From positions 96,001-160,000 of the forward strand of contig CAWGSK010000013.1 in the NCBI GenBank assembly GCA_963825055.1: 64,000 nt of DNA, given 5' to 3'. The notes beneath the pieces are model-generated. The model was not told where the DNA came from. It saw nothing but the letters and a program-made list of their open reading frames with translations, and ran no database searches. The position numbers and the translations under genes were made by a program. This stretch comes from an uncultured Gemmatimonadales bacterium. GTDB lineage: Bacteria > Gemmatimonadota > Gemmatimonadetes > Gemmatimonadales > GWC2-71-9. This document shows positions 21,727 to 31,753 of the stretch, piece after piece; within the stretch, counting starts at the first letter, position 1; each line of letters starts with the position of its first letter.

Positions 21727-22256
21727 GGCCGCGGCCCCGCTGGCGAGTCCGCAAACTCGCGACCCATCGAGACGAAATCGGCATCGCTCGCCCCTGTCCG
21801 GGCGAGATCGATCACGCGCTGCTCGGCCGCACCGGGCGACATGCCGCCCGATACGAGGTCAGTGAGGATACCCAGCGGCACCACGAGCGCCCCGGGCGGG
21901 CGGGTATCGCGAAGCCGCCCCAGGGCGGGCACACTCACACCAGCCCGCAGTGCCGCTGCTCCCGCGGTCACATCGGCCTCCGGGCTGTCCGGACCCAGCA
22001 CTGCGCGCGACGCACGGAGCGAGGCAAGTACCTGCCCCACTACGACGATGATGCGGGGCTCCGGTGCGCCCTTGCTCACCCCTTCCAGCGTCTTGAGCAG
22101 GAGAGGCCGCGTGGGCAGCGCCTCTTCCCGCGCCGAATCCACCATCGCGTCGATCGCCCGGGCCAGCGTGGGAGACAGCTTGCCCTCGAGTCGGGCCTCC
22201 TGGGCGTGCGCGGAGGCAGTGGCGAAGAGGAGGAGAACGAAGGGGAGCCCTTTCAT
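21723..22256 (-). CDS. Exported alpha-helical hypothetical protein
   Basis: Signal peptide (ATASAHAQ). Overlaps both neighbours by 4 bp. Confidence 0.7.
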   Translation of the reverse strand: MKGLPFVLLLFATASAHAQEARLEGKLSPTLARAIDAMVDSAREEALPTRPLLLKTLEGVSKGAPEPRIIVVVGQVLASLRASRAVLGPDSPEADVTAGAAALRAGVSVPALGRLRDTRPPGALVVPLGILTDLVSGGMSPGAAEQRVIDLARTGASDADFVSMGREFADSPAGPRP

Positions 22257-22756
22257 GAGCTGCGCGCGACCGTGATGACGGAGGTGGGCGTGCCGTAGTC
22301 GTCGAGGGCGGCTGGCTCCGAGGGATCGCCTACCCAGCGGCTGCCGTCGACCACGAACGTGTAGTGGTAGCGGCCGGGCGGCAGGGGCACCACCAGCACC
22401 CAGCGGCCATCGCTCTCCTCGCGGAGCGGTGTGCCGGCCGGGTCCCAGTCATTGAAGTCCCCCACCAGCGCCACCCGCGCCGCCTCGGGAGCGCGAAGTT
22501 CGAAATGCACGGCGGTCGTGCCCGGCGTCGTACCTGGCGTGGAAATCGATCGCAGCAGCAGCCAGCCGCCGAGGAGCAGCACGACGGCCGCCGCCAGGCG
22601 CAGGAAGGCCGGAGGAAGCCAGGCCAGGCGCGCGGTGGGTCGATGCGCCCGGACCTGCGACATGACGCGGTGATCGAGCCCGGGATTGAGCTCCACCGGC
22701 TGCCGCAGCGCCTCGATCGCACGTTTCAGGGTGTCCTGGTCGTCCGCAGCGCTCAT
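22253..22756 (-). CDS. Putative anti-sigma factor with TM helix and CBM48 (isoamylase early-set) domain
   Basis: Short cytoplasmic N-terminus, TM, then AARVALVGDFNDW..LPPGRYHYTFVVDG..W..DP. Follows the ECF sigma gene. Confidence 0.8.
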   Translation of the reverse strand: MSAADDQDTLKRAIEALRQPVELNPGLDHRVMSQVRAHRPTARLAWLPPAFLRLAAAVVLLLGGWLLLRSISTPGTTPGTTAVHFELRAPEAARVALVGDFNDWDPAGTPLREESDGRWVLVVPLPPGRYHYTFVVDGSRWVGDPSEPAALDDYGTPTSVITVARSS

Positions 22757-23292
22757 GACATTTCCCCCGCCAGCAGTTCGCGCAGCCGCTCGCAGGCCCG
22801 CATCACGCGCATCTTGAGCGCGGACACGCCGGCGCCGGTCAACTCCGCCATCTCCTCATAGTTCATCCCTTCCACGTGCCGGAGCAGGAACGCCTGCCGG
22901 TGCGCCGGGGGCACACGATCGAGCGCGTCACCGATCGCCTCGCGCCACGCGAAGGACTCCGCCTGGTCCGGGGCCAGCCCGGGGACGTCAGGCGGGAGGT
23001 CCGAACCTTCGACCTGGTCGGTCCGGATCCGCCGTCGGCGCCGCGTCCGGCAGCGGTTGGCCAGGATGCGGAAGAACCACGCCCCGAACCGGTCCGGGTT
23101 CTCGCAGCGGGGGAGCGCCCGGTAGGCCCGGACGAGGGCGTCCTGCAGGGCCTCCTCAGCGTCCTCCGGGTTCCCGATCATGTGCGTGGCGTACCGGCCG
23201 TAGCGCACCCGGTAGCGCGCCACCAGGTGCCGATAGGCCTCGACCTCCCCTGCCAGCACGCGGCGTACGAGGTCGCCGTCGCTGGTGTCCAC
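22753..23292 (-). CDS. ECF sigma factor (sigma-70 family)
   Basis: DAEEALQDALVRAY, FGAWFFRILANRCR, LRHVEGMNYEEMAE..G..ALKMRVMRA. Start may be 23319. Confidence 0.93.
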   Translation of the reverse strand: MDTSDGDLVRRVLAGEVEAYRHLVARYRVRYGRYATHMIGNPEDAEEALQDALVRAYRALPRCENPDRFGAWFFRILANRCRTRRRRRIRTDQVEGSDLPPDVPGLAPDQAESFAWREAIGDALDRVPPAHRQAFLLRHVEGMNYEEMAELTGAGVSALKMRVMRACERLRELLAGEMS

Positions 23293-23574
23293 GTGAGAAA
23301 GACCTTCAAGGCGGGGCATCGGTCACAGGGCTCCGGGGGCGGGATGCCTGGGAGACGCCGGACCCTGCCCCTCCCAACACCGCCCCGCCGGGCGGTCGGG
23401 GACAGGCGGGAACAGGGCGGACGGGAAGAGGGCGGACGTGAATAGGACGGACGGGATGTCGGGTGTCGCCGAAGCTCGATCGTCCCGGAGCGGACGTCAG
23501 TGAGCGGTGGCATGCTCGCGATCTGGCCGTTGGACGCGTACGGGGGCCGCGGAGGGACGAGCGAGCAAGGCGGG

Positions 23575-26073
23575 CTAGAACTCCTTCTGAAGCAGCTCCA
23601 GGGCGCGTACCAGATCCGGCACCTCGTCCAGCACCGGGAGCAGAGGGTCTTCCTTCATACCGGTCAGGCGTTCGGGCATGGTTTCTATCGTGAATGCGGC
23701 AATCGAAAGGTCGGGGTTGACTTCGTCCCAGGTCAGCGGCGTTGAGACCGGGGCGCCGGGGAGCGGTCGGACGCTGTAGGGGGCCACCAGGAGCCGCCCG
23801 TGGCCGTTCTGGAGGAAGTCCACGTAGACCTTTCCCTTCCGGCGGGAGACCTGGCGGGTAATGGTCGCAATTTCCGGCAGGCGCTTCACGATCGCCCGGG
23901 CCAGCACCTCGCCGAGGGCGCGGGTCTGCTCGAACGTGAACTGGCGGCCAACCGGCACCAGGACGTGCAGGCCGCTCGAGCCGCTGGTCTTGATGTAGTT
24001 GGGCAGCGCGCACCGCTCGCAGAGGGCGTGCAGTTCGTTCGCGATGGCCACGACATCCCCGAAGGGCGCCTCCTTCGGGTCCAGGTCCAGGATGCACCAG
24101 TCGGGCCGCTCGAGCGTGCTGATCCGGCTACCCCAGACATGCAGCGGAATCGCCGCGCTGTTGGCGAGGTAGATGAGCGACGCGATGTCGTCACAGACGA
24201 AGTAGTCGATCTCGCGCTCGGCGTGTTCGCTCCACATCCGCTCGGTGCGAAGCCACTCCGGGATGTACTCCGGCGCGTCCTTCTGGAAGAAGCTCTTGCC
24301 GTCGATCCCGTCCGGATATCGCGTCAGGACCACCAGCCGGTCCTTGAGGAACGGCAGGACCCAGTCGGCCACGCCGCGGTAGTACGCGATGAGGTCGCCC
24401 TTGGTGTAGCCCTCCTCCGGCCAGAAGACCTTGTCCACGTTGGACAGCGGCACCTGGTCGGGGTCCATGGGCGGGATCTCCACGACGGGCAGTGGCGGCG
24501 GCTCGCCCTCCGACTCATCGTGCAGTTCGGCGATTTCCTTGTCATCCCGGAAGCGCTCGAACACCGGGTGGCGCAGCAGCCCTTCCTTCGTCCGCTCCTT
24601 GAAGCGGACCTGCGCCACGAATTCGGGTTCCACCCACGTCGTGTCCTTGAGCTTCGGCGCGCCCTCGCAGGGCGGATCCTTCCGGGCCGAGGCCTCGAGG
24701 CTGGCCCGGATCTCGCCGAGCCTCGCCGGGTCCAGCCCGCTGCCCGCCCGTCCCGCGTACACGAGCCGGCCGTCTCGGCGCTCAGCCAGGTGGAGGGCAC
24801 CAATGCCGTCCCGGCTCCCTTTCGGCTCGGTGAACCCGACCACCGCGAAGTCCCCGTTCTGGTCAGCCCGGATCTTGACCCAGTCGGCGCTCCGGCCCAT
24901 GTGGTACGGGCTGTCGGCCTTCTTCCCGACGATACCCTCCAGCCCGAGGGCCGTCACCTTCTCGTACAGGGCCTCCCCCAGTTCCTCGAAGTCCTCGACA
25001 TACCGGAGCGGCCCGACCGGCGGGAGTACGCGTCGGAGCAGCGCCTTCCGCTCGCGCAGGGGCATGCGTCGAAGGTCCCGCCCCTCCAGGGAGAGCAGGT
25101 CGAAGGCGAAATAGGTAACGGGGTTGCCCGCCGAGGCGACCGCGACGTCCCGCGGGCGGGAGAGGCGGGCGCGCTCCTGCAGCCGGTCGAAGCTCGGCAT
25201 GCCATCGGCGCCGAGTGCCACGACCTCGCCGTCCATCAGGAAATCGTGGAACGGCAGCGACTTCACGGCGAGCGCGACTTCGGGAAAGTTGGTGGCGGCG
25301 TCGTTTCCGTTCCGGGTGCGTACCACCACCTCGCCATCGCGGCGGCCGGCCAGGATCCGGTAGCCGTCCAGCTTGAGCTCGAAGAGCCACCCCTTCCGGG
25401 TGAAGGGGCTGTCGCGCTGCTCGGCCAGCATCGGGCTCACCTCGTCGGGAGCGGGCGCGGGGTCGGTCACGCCGTCGGCATCGAGTTCCTGCCGGAGGGC
25501 CTCGCCGGGATGCACGCCGTCCCGCAGCTCCTCCACGGTGAGGCCCGACAGGATGGACTGCGGCGGCACCGTACTGTCGTCCTGTTCGGTCCCCTCGGCT
25601 TTCTCCCGTATCAGGAGCCACTCGTTCTCGCCCTTCTTGAGCTTCACCAGCGTCCAGATGCCGCGCATCTTGTAGCCCCGCAGCTCGAACAGCAGCTTGC
25701 CCTTCTTCCATCCCTCCTCGATGTCCTCGAGCGGGAGCCACACCCCGCGGTCCCAGAGGATCACCGCGCCCGCGCCATAATTTCCCTCCGGGATCAGGCC
25801 CTCGAAGTCGCCGTAGTCGAGCGGGTGGTCCTCCACATGGACCGCCAGGCGCTTCTCCTTCGGGTCCAGGCTGGGCCCCTTCGGGACCGCCCACGACTTG
25901 AGCACCCCGTCCATCTCCAGCCGGAGGTCGTAGTGCAGCCGGCGGGCGGCGTGCTGCTGGATGACGAAGCGCTGGCCGCCCGGCCGGATGGCCTTGCCGG
26001 CGGGCTCCGGTGTGCGGCTGGGGGTGCGTTTCTCCCGGTAACGCTTGAGGGGGTCGGGTCCGGTTGCGGGCAT
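23575..26073 (-). CDS. ligD: NHEJ DNA ligase D (phosphoesterase-ligase-polymerase)
   Basis: FVIQQHAARRLHYDLRLE..KSWAVPKGPS, FELKLDGYR, EGIVGKK, RYPDGI..FFQK, KTSGSSGLH, APYSVR. Confidence 0.97.
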   Translation of the reverse strand: MPATGPDPLKRYREKRTPSRTPEPAGKAIRPGGQRFVIQQHAARRLHYDLRLEMDGVLKSWAVPKGPSLDPKEKRLAVHVEDHPLDYGDFEGLIPEGNYGAGAVILWDRGVWLPLEDIEEGWKKGKLLFELRGYKMRGIWTLVKLKKGENEWLLIREKAEGTEQDDSTVPPQSILSGLTVEELRDGVHPGEALRQELDADGVTDPAPAPDEVSPMLAEQRDSPFTRKGWLFELKLDGYRILAGRRDGEVVVRTRNGNDAATNFPEVALAVKSLPFHDFLMDGEVVALGADGMPSFDRLQERARLSRPRDVAVASAGNPVTYFAFDLLSLEGRDLRRMPLRERKALLRRVLPPVGPLRYVEDFEELGEALYEKVTALGLEGIVGKKADSPYHMGRSADWVKIRADQNGDFAVVGFTEPKGSRDGIGALHLAERRDGRLVYAGRAGSGLDPARLGEIRASLEASARKDPPCEGAPKLKDTTWVEPEFVAQVRFKERTKEGLLRHPVFERFRDDKEIAELHDESEGEPPPLPVVEIPPMDPDQVPLSNVDKVFWPEEGYTKGDLIAYYRGVADWVLPFLKDRLVVLTRYPDGIDGKSFFQKDAPEYIPEWLRTERMWSEHAEREIDYFVCDDIASLIYLANSAAIPLHVWGSRISTLERPDWCILDLDPKEAPFGDVVAIANELHALCERCALPNYIKTSGSSGLHVLVPVGRQFTFEQTRALGEVLARAIVKRLPEIATITRQVSRRKGKVYVDFLQNGHGRLLVAPYSVRPLPGAPVSTPLTWDEVNPDLSIAAFTIETMPERLTGMKEDPLLPVLDEVPDLVRALELLQKEF

Positions 26074-26099
26074 ACCGGCAATATCATACTGTACAGTCC

Positions 26100-26942
26100 A
26101 TGAGCGCACGTCCCATCGCCGCGGCCAACATCTCCTTCGGCCTGGTCTCGGTGCCGGTCAAGCTGTACTCCTCCTCGGAGTCCTCGGCCAGCATCTCGTT
26201 CAACTGGCTGCACAAGGAGTGCAGCTCGCGGCTCAAGCAGCAGTACATCTGCACCAATGACGACCAGGTCGTCAGCCGTGACGACATGGTCAAGGGCTAC
26301 GAGTTCGCCAAGGGTCAGTACGTCACCTTCACGCCCGAAGAGCTGAAGACCCTGGACGAAAAGGCCACCAACAGCATCGATGTCAGCGAGTTCGTCCCGC
26401 TCGAGGAGGTCGAGCGGCTCTATCTCGACAAGACCTACTATCTGGGGCCCGACAAGGGCGGCGACCGGGCCTACCGGCTGCTGGCGAAGGCGCTGGAGGA
26501 AACCGGCCGCGCGGCGGTGGGCCAGTACGCGGCCCGCGGGCGGCAGTACCTCATCCTCATCCGTCCGAAGAACGGCATGCTGGTGCTCGAGCAGTTGCAC
26601 TACGCCGACGAGATGCGCCCCGCCACCGAGGTCCCGCTGGAGGAGGGCGAGGTCAAGCCGACCGAGCTCGAACTCGCCAAGCAGCTCATCGAGCAGACCG
26701 CCACCGACGAGTTCCACCCGGAGCGTTACAAGGACACCGTGCGCGACCGCGTCATGGAAGCGATCCAGGGCAAGGTGGAGGGCGAGGAGATCACCGCCGC
26801 GCCCGCCGAGGAACCGCAGGCCAAGATCATCGACCTCATGGCCGCCCTCAAGGCCAGCCTCGCGAAGAAGGGCGAGGGAGCCGGCGAGGATGCTGAAGAG
26901 AAGCCGGCGAAGAAGAAGGCCGCGAAGAAGAAGGCGGGATGA
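26100..26942 (+). CDS. ku: NHEJ Ku protein
   Basis: ISFGLVSVPVKLY, VKGYE, YYLGP, IIDLMAALKASL, basic tail. Confidence 0.96.
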   Translation: MSARPIAAANISFGLVSVPVKLYSSSESSASISFNWLHKECSSRLKQQYICTNDDQVVSRDDMVKGYEFAKGQYVTFTPEELKTLDEKATNSIDVSEFVPLEEVERLYLDKTYYLGPDKGGDRAYRLLAKALEETGRAAVGQYAARGRQYLILIRPKNGMLVLEQLHYADEMRPATEVPLEEGEVKPTELELAKQLIEQTATDEFHPERYKDTVRDRVMEAIQGKVEGEEITAAPAEEPQAKIIDLMAALKASLAKKGEGAGEDAEEKPAKKKAAKKKAG

Positions 26943-26946
26943 CGGC

Positions 26947-27044
26947 AGTGAGTAGTGAGTAGTGAGTAGTGAGTAGTGTTTCGGAAGGTAGTTCCTCTCG
27001 CGCCGGCCTCACCGTAAAGCACTATTCACTAATCACCACTCACT
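26947..27044 (+). repeat. Inverted pair of heptamer tracts: (AGTGAGT)x4.5 ... degenerate (CACTAHT)n
   Basis: 26947-26978 and 27020-27044 flank a ~41-bp core. Confidence 0.85.
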
Positions 27045-27061
27045 CATCCCCGGACCTGCTC

Positions 27062-28367
27062 TTGCACCGCTGCCTCTTCGTTATCGCGTTCCTCGCCGCC
27101 GCACCGTCCCTCCAGGCGCAGTCCCTGTCACCCGTAGAGCAGCGCATCACGGCGTCCGTCGATGCCGGCGTTCCGGCGTCGCTGGCGCTGCTGGAACGGG
27201 TCGTCAACATCAACAGCGGAACCATGAACCAGGACGGCGTGCGCAAGGTCGGCGCCGTGTTCCAGTCGGCCTTCGATTCGCTGGGGTTCGCGACGGAATG
27301 GAAGGACGGCGCGCGATGGGGACGGGCCGGTCACCTGGTGGCGACACGCACGGGAGACGGCCGTGGACCGAAGGTTCTCTTCATCGGGCACCTCGACACC
27401 GTCTTCGAACCCGACTCGCCGTTCCAGCGGTTCGAGCGCCTGGGGGCGGACAGCGCCCGCGGCCCGGGCACCACGGACATGAAGGGCGGCAACGTCGTCA
27501 TGCTGCTCGCGCTGCGGGCACTGCAGGACGCGAAGCTGCTGGATCGCATCCAGGTCACCGTGGTGCTCATGGGCGATGAAGAGGACAGCGGCGAGCCGCT
27601 CTCCCTCGCGCGGGCGGACCTGGTCAATGCCGCGAAATGGGCCGACGTTGCCATCGGGTTCGAGGATGGTGACGACGACCCGCGCACCGCCGTCATCGGG
27701 CGCCGGGGCGTGGCCGGCTGGACGCTCAGGACCTCGGGGACACCGTACCACAGCTCACAGATCTTCCAGCCCGAAGTCGGAAGCGGGGCCATCTTCGAGG
27801 CCGCCAGGATCCTGTCGGCGTTCCGTGACTCCCTCGCCGGCGAACCCAACCTCACGTTCAACCCCGGCGTGATTGTCGGCGGCACCACCATCACAGCTCG
27901 ATCCGGTCACCCAGCGCGGCACCGCGTTCGGCAAGAGCAACGTCGTCGCGGAGAGCACCGTCGTCACCGGCGACATCCGGACGCTGGCTCCCGCCCAGCT
28001 TGCCCGCGCCCGGGCGAGGATGCAGGCCATCGTCGCGCGACATTACCCGCGGACGGGGGCCACGATCGAGTTCGGCGAGGGCTATCCTCCCATGGCCCCG
28101 ACCGACGGCAACCGCCGGCTGCTGGCGATGATCGACCAGGCCAGCCGGGACCTCGGCGCCGGTCCCGTCACCGCGGTCGACCCGGCCCGGGCCGGCGCGG
28201 CTGACGTCTCCTTCGCCGCGGATTACGTCGACATGGCGGTGGACGGCATGGGGCTCCTCGGACGAGGCGGCCACACCGTGGAGGAAACAGCCGACCTCAC
28301 GACACTGCCTTTGCAGGCGAAGCGGGTGGCGGTGGCGCTGGCGAGGATAGCGAAGGACACGCGGTAG
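27062..28367 (+). CDS. Exported M20/M25/M40 family peptidase (carboxypeptidase G2-like; frameshift ~27895)
   Basis: Signal peptide, GHLDTVF, DMKGG, DEE. Continues in ORF 27873..28367 (GKSNVV, GAAD, GGHT.EE). Confidence 0.88.
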
Positions 28368-28408
28368 GCAACAGGCAGTCGCACGCATACTCGAACAGGG
28401 GAGTTCCC

Positions 28409-28996
28409 ATGTTGAGCCGCACTCTCGCCGTGACGGTCCTTCTCGTGAGCGCGGCCGCGCCCATCCGCGCCCAGGACGCCTCCCCGACGCTGTCCGGGAC
28501 CGACACCGAGTTGCTCGACAATACCCTGGAACTCCGTTTCGGGTGCGACCCGATGGAACTGGCGGCGGCCGAAGGCTCGTCGTTCTCCGCCAGTATCGGC
28601 GGGGAGTCGGTCGAGGGGCACGCCGTCTGGGGCGTCGAGCGCGACGGCGACCTGATCCTGATACTGGGGAAGTTCGAGGGCACCGGCGGCCAGTGCCTGA
28701 TCTTGGCCAGCCACGACGGCCCGCCGGAAGTCGGCGCCTGGCCCGTGATCGCCCTCTCCCCCGCGCTCATGAACGGGGAACTCGAGGGACGCCACTTCGC
28801 CGGCGGCTGGTTCGCCAAGGTGGACACGATCGGTCACACGCTGGTTCCCGACTCGGGGACTCTCGTGTTCACATCCCTGGAAAGCGGGAAGCTCACGGGC
28901 TCGTTCATGCTGGATGGATGGACCGTCACCGAGGGGGAGCCGGAGACGGGGCGGCTCAGGATCGAGGGAACCTTCGTGGCGGTGGAGCCGAAGTAG
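28409..28996 (+). CDS. Exported hypothetical protein
   Basis: GGGAG RBS, signal peptide, GC3-rich codons. Confidence 0.7.
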   Translation: MLSRTLAVTVLLVSAAAPIRAQDASPTLSGTDTELLDNTLELRFGCDPMELAAAEGSSFSASIGGESVEGHAVWGVERDGDLILILGKFEGTGGQCLILASHDGPPEVGAWPVIALSPALMNGELEGRHFAGGWFAKVDTIGHTLVPDSGTLVFTSLESGKLTGSFMLDGWTVTEGEPETGRLRIEGTFVAVEPK

Positions 28997-29160
28997 GGCG
29001 GACAGCCGGACAGGCGGACAGGCGGACAGGCGGACAGGCGGACAGGCGGACAGGCGGACAGGCGGACAGGCGGACAGGCGGACAGGCGGACGATAAACTT
29101 TCCTTCCCGATACCCGATACCCGATACCCGATACCCGATCCCCGATCCCCGATCCCCGAC
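28997..29160 (+). repeat. Tandem tracts (GGCGGACA)x12 and (CCCGATA/CCCGATC)x~8 between convergent genes
   Basis: 28997-29092 and 29106-29160. Each tract abuts a stop codon. Confidence 0.95.
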
Positions 29161-29742
29161 TACCTCTCCGTCGCAACCGCCTCGATCCGCCGATCCGGCA
29201 CCAGCCATATCAGCGCTACGGCAATGTAGATCCCGCCCGCGATCGCGTGATGCACGAACGCAAGGGGGATCGCCACTACGTAGAGCCCGAGTGATAGCTT
29301 CCCCTTCACGTCCCCCCTGACCGCCCGCGCCAGCCGGGAATCCGGCCCCTGGTCATTCCGGATGATCGCGGTCTGGAGGATGGGGTAGGAGATCGCCGCG
29401 CAGAGCAGCACTACCCCGTATGCCGCCATCGGCAGGACTTGCGAAATGACTCTCCCCCATCCAGGTCGTCACGAACGGCACCAGCGAAAGCCAGAACAGC
29501 AGGTGCAGGTTGCTCCACAGGATCGGGCCGTTCACCCGCTCGGTGATCCGGAGCATGTGATGATGGTTGTTCCAGTAGATGCCGAGGAAGACGAAGCTCA
29601 GGACATAGATGAAGAGGCTGGGCCAGGACTCCCGGAAGTCCGCCCAGGCCGCCCCGTGGGGAATGTGCAGTTCCAGCACCATGATGGTGATGATGATGGC
29701 GATGACGCCGTCACTGAAGGCTTCGAGCCGTTCCTTGGTCAT
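29160..29742 (-). CDS. TMEM175 family (DUF1211) potassium channel (frameshift ~29435)
   Basis: RLEAFSDGVIAIIITIMVLE, YWNNHHH. C-terminus WLVPDRRIE in a second frame. Confidence 0.92.
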
Positions 29743-29793
29743 GGGAGATGGAACATGATGCGCGGAAGCCCGTGAAGCAATGGAGAACGCCGG

Positions 29794-30333
29794 CTAGCGC
29801 CGGGCGGGGCAACTCCAGGAGGCGAAGACGGCGGCGTACCCGACCCTGGGAAGCACCCGCTCCGCCGTCATGGCGAGTCCGGCCAGGATCACCAGGAGCG
29901 CGAGCACGTGAGTCCACCAGATGCGTTGGGCCCACGAGGCGGTGGCCGCCCAGGTACCGGCCACGATCACCGACAGCACGGCCGCCAGATATCCGGCCAG
30001 CGGCCAGCCGCAGGCGCGGGCGTAGGGCCACTGCGTCATCGCGATGGCCAGCGTGCAGGCGAGCACGACGCGAAGCGCCAGCAGCCAGCGCTCGGAACGG
30101 GCGGGGGCGGTTCCGGCAACCGCGCCACGGTGTCCGCCGCCCCCGACTTTGGGCGTCGAGAGCCGGCGAGGCGCCGGGGTCGCGAAGATCATGTCGTCGG
30201 CGCCGGGATCACGCGAATCGCCCAGCTGCGCGAGCAGCCGGTCGACTTCATGCGACATCGGATCGTGGTGGGCATTGGCCACGGGGCCCCCGGAGAAGAA
30301 CTCGGCAAGGCGATGGTCGGTTATGGTGCGCAT
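29794..30333 (-). CDS. Hypothetical membrane protein
   Basis: Three TM segments. WPYARACG and ERVLPRVGYA..W.C motifs. Start uncertain. Confidence 0.65.
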   Translation of the reverse strand: MRTITDHRLAEFFSGGPVANAHHDPMSHEVDRLLAQLGDSRDPGADDMIFATPAPRRLSTPKVGGGGHRGAVAGTAPARSERWLLALRVVLACTLAIAMTQWPYARACGWPLAGYLAAVLSVIVAGTWAATASWAQRIWWTHVLALLVILAGLAMTAERVLPRVGYAAVFASWSCPARR

Positions 30334-30561
30334 CCACCGTGCCAGCCGGCCTTCCCGCGCATAACCCGTGGTATCGACGTGGGATAGACATGCCAGACCC
30401 CGCGGGACGACTGACTCAGCCTTCGCAGTTCGCGCGGCCGGTCAGGTAATTCCTTCTGCAATCCAGTGCATGTGCCGGAACAAAAGGGAAGAGAGAACGA
30501 AGTGCGGCAGCCGCACCCGATTCCTCTTCCCTGTTGCCGCTTCCCTGTTCCCTGGGTGTTC

Positions 30562-30619
30562 ATGCCCGAGGCGAGAGTCGAACTCGCATGGGGTTGCCCC
30601 CGGTGGATTTTGAGTCCAC
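30562..30619 (-). repeat. att site: duplicated 3' part of tRNA-Leu (anticodon arm to acceptor end)
   Basis: atgcccgagg...ttttgagtccac is identical to 53899-53956. Confidence 0.95.
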
Positions 30620-31087
30620 GAAGGTGAGGAAACAAGGGACTCTCCAGACCACTAGAGCCCTCTGGGTGAAGGACTTGTGCCACAATCTGTGGTCGCCTGG
30701 AGTCTACAATGGTCCCCCGTTCAGCCAAAGGTTCCGCCATAGGCCCCCCCCTTGAACAAGGCACCCGGGTGCCCTTGGAATAGGCCCGGTCAGGGGCTGG
30801 AGTCGAGTCCTGCCCCAAGAACCGTGCCCGACATGCTTCAAAAAAAAATCACAAATGAAGGTAGAGGATATTCTGGCCGCGAATCCAACACCTGCCCTCC
30901 GACGTAGACATACAGGCTCCGATCCTGACATGGCCCACTTCGGCGGAAGGTCAGACTCATCACGGTGCCACTGGAAGATCAGCCGGCTCTCCGATCTCGA
31001 GCAACAAACCTCGGCGTTGTTCCCGCCGAAGCCGTCTGCCGGCTGCTCGTCATCAACGGCGACGGCGTGAAGGTCTTGACCTCGACA

Positions 31088-31735
31088 TCAGCGGAAGAGG
31101 CGGAGAAACCCCGGGTCCGGCGCCCTCGCCAGACGCCAGGAGGTGAAAGACGGGGCACTTTTGGTAAGCGAGAATGCAGCAAGTCGCATTAGGAAAGGGG
31201 CCCATAGAAATACGGACCCCCCTCCGGCTGAGCGTGTCGTCCCGGGCCAACTCTGCGGGAGCGACTCTACCTGCCTTCCCGCATCTATCGTGGCGGACTC
31301 CCCCAGATAGAGTATTCCCAGAATGTCAGGAGAATCTCCCGGGCCAGGGCCTTGAAAACTGATGTCGGACTTCTCGAACGAAAACTTCCAACGCCACTGC
31401 AGAATCGTGTCGAGCGGAACCAGAAGGGAGTCTGACCCTGCGATGACCAGGATTTGAGATGCATCGGGGTTTAACCTGTGTCGCTCGTCCAATACGGCAT
31501 TCAAGCTCTCCACTGACATTCGGTTAAAGAGTCCCTCAACCTGAGAGGGGGGTCGGCACGCAACCACGAATTTCGAATCGAGTTCGTAGCCCACGCAACG
31601 GATAAGCGTTTCGATCTCGGGAGGGTCTCCGTCATCGACAGTATATATCGGCACAAAATCGCCGCTGTGAGCAAAGGCAGGCGAAACAGGCACCATCCGA
31701 AGCATCATGATAGTGAGTCTCCACAATATGTCCAT
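31088..31735 (-). CDS. Hypothetical protein, candidate immunity protein for RHS1
   Basis: Starts 19 bp after the RHS1 stop on the same strand, with GAGG RBS and low GC. The 3' part may be out of frame. Confidence 0.5.
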   Translation of the reverse strand: MDILWRLTIMMLRMVPVSPAFAHSGDFVPIYTVDDGDPPEIETLIRCVGYELDSKFVVACRPPSQVEGLFNRMSVESLNAVLDERHRLNPDASQILVIAGSDSLLVPLDTILQWRWKFSFEKSDISFQGPGPGDSPDILGILYLGESATIDAGRQVESLPQSWPGTTRSAGGGSVFLWAPFLMRLAAFSLTKSAPSFTSWRLARAPDPGFLRLFR

Positions 31736-31753
31736 TTCGTAGCCTCAGCTGGG

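Noticed and set aside
18689..26103. Long antisense ORFs (e.g. 18689..20920 +, 23800..26103 +) as overlapping genes
   Set aside because: Shadow frames of GC-rich genes (pepA, ligD) with no recognisable motifs.
28223..29229. Repeat-peptide ORFs such as (PPVRLSAC)n or (GGQADRRT)n, also at 36802 and 56295
   Set aside because: These are translations of non-coding tandem tracts without credible starts.
30562..30619. Second tRNA-Leu gene
   Set aside because: It lacks the 5' acceptor strand and D arm. It is the att duplication.
30620..31080. Coding genes at the left island end
   Set aside because: Only short ORFs with no recognisable motifs; probably degenerate DNA.
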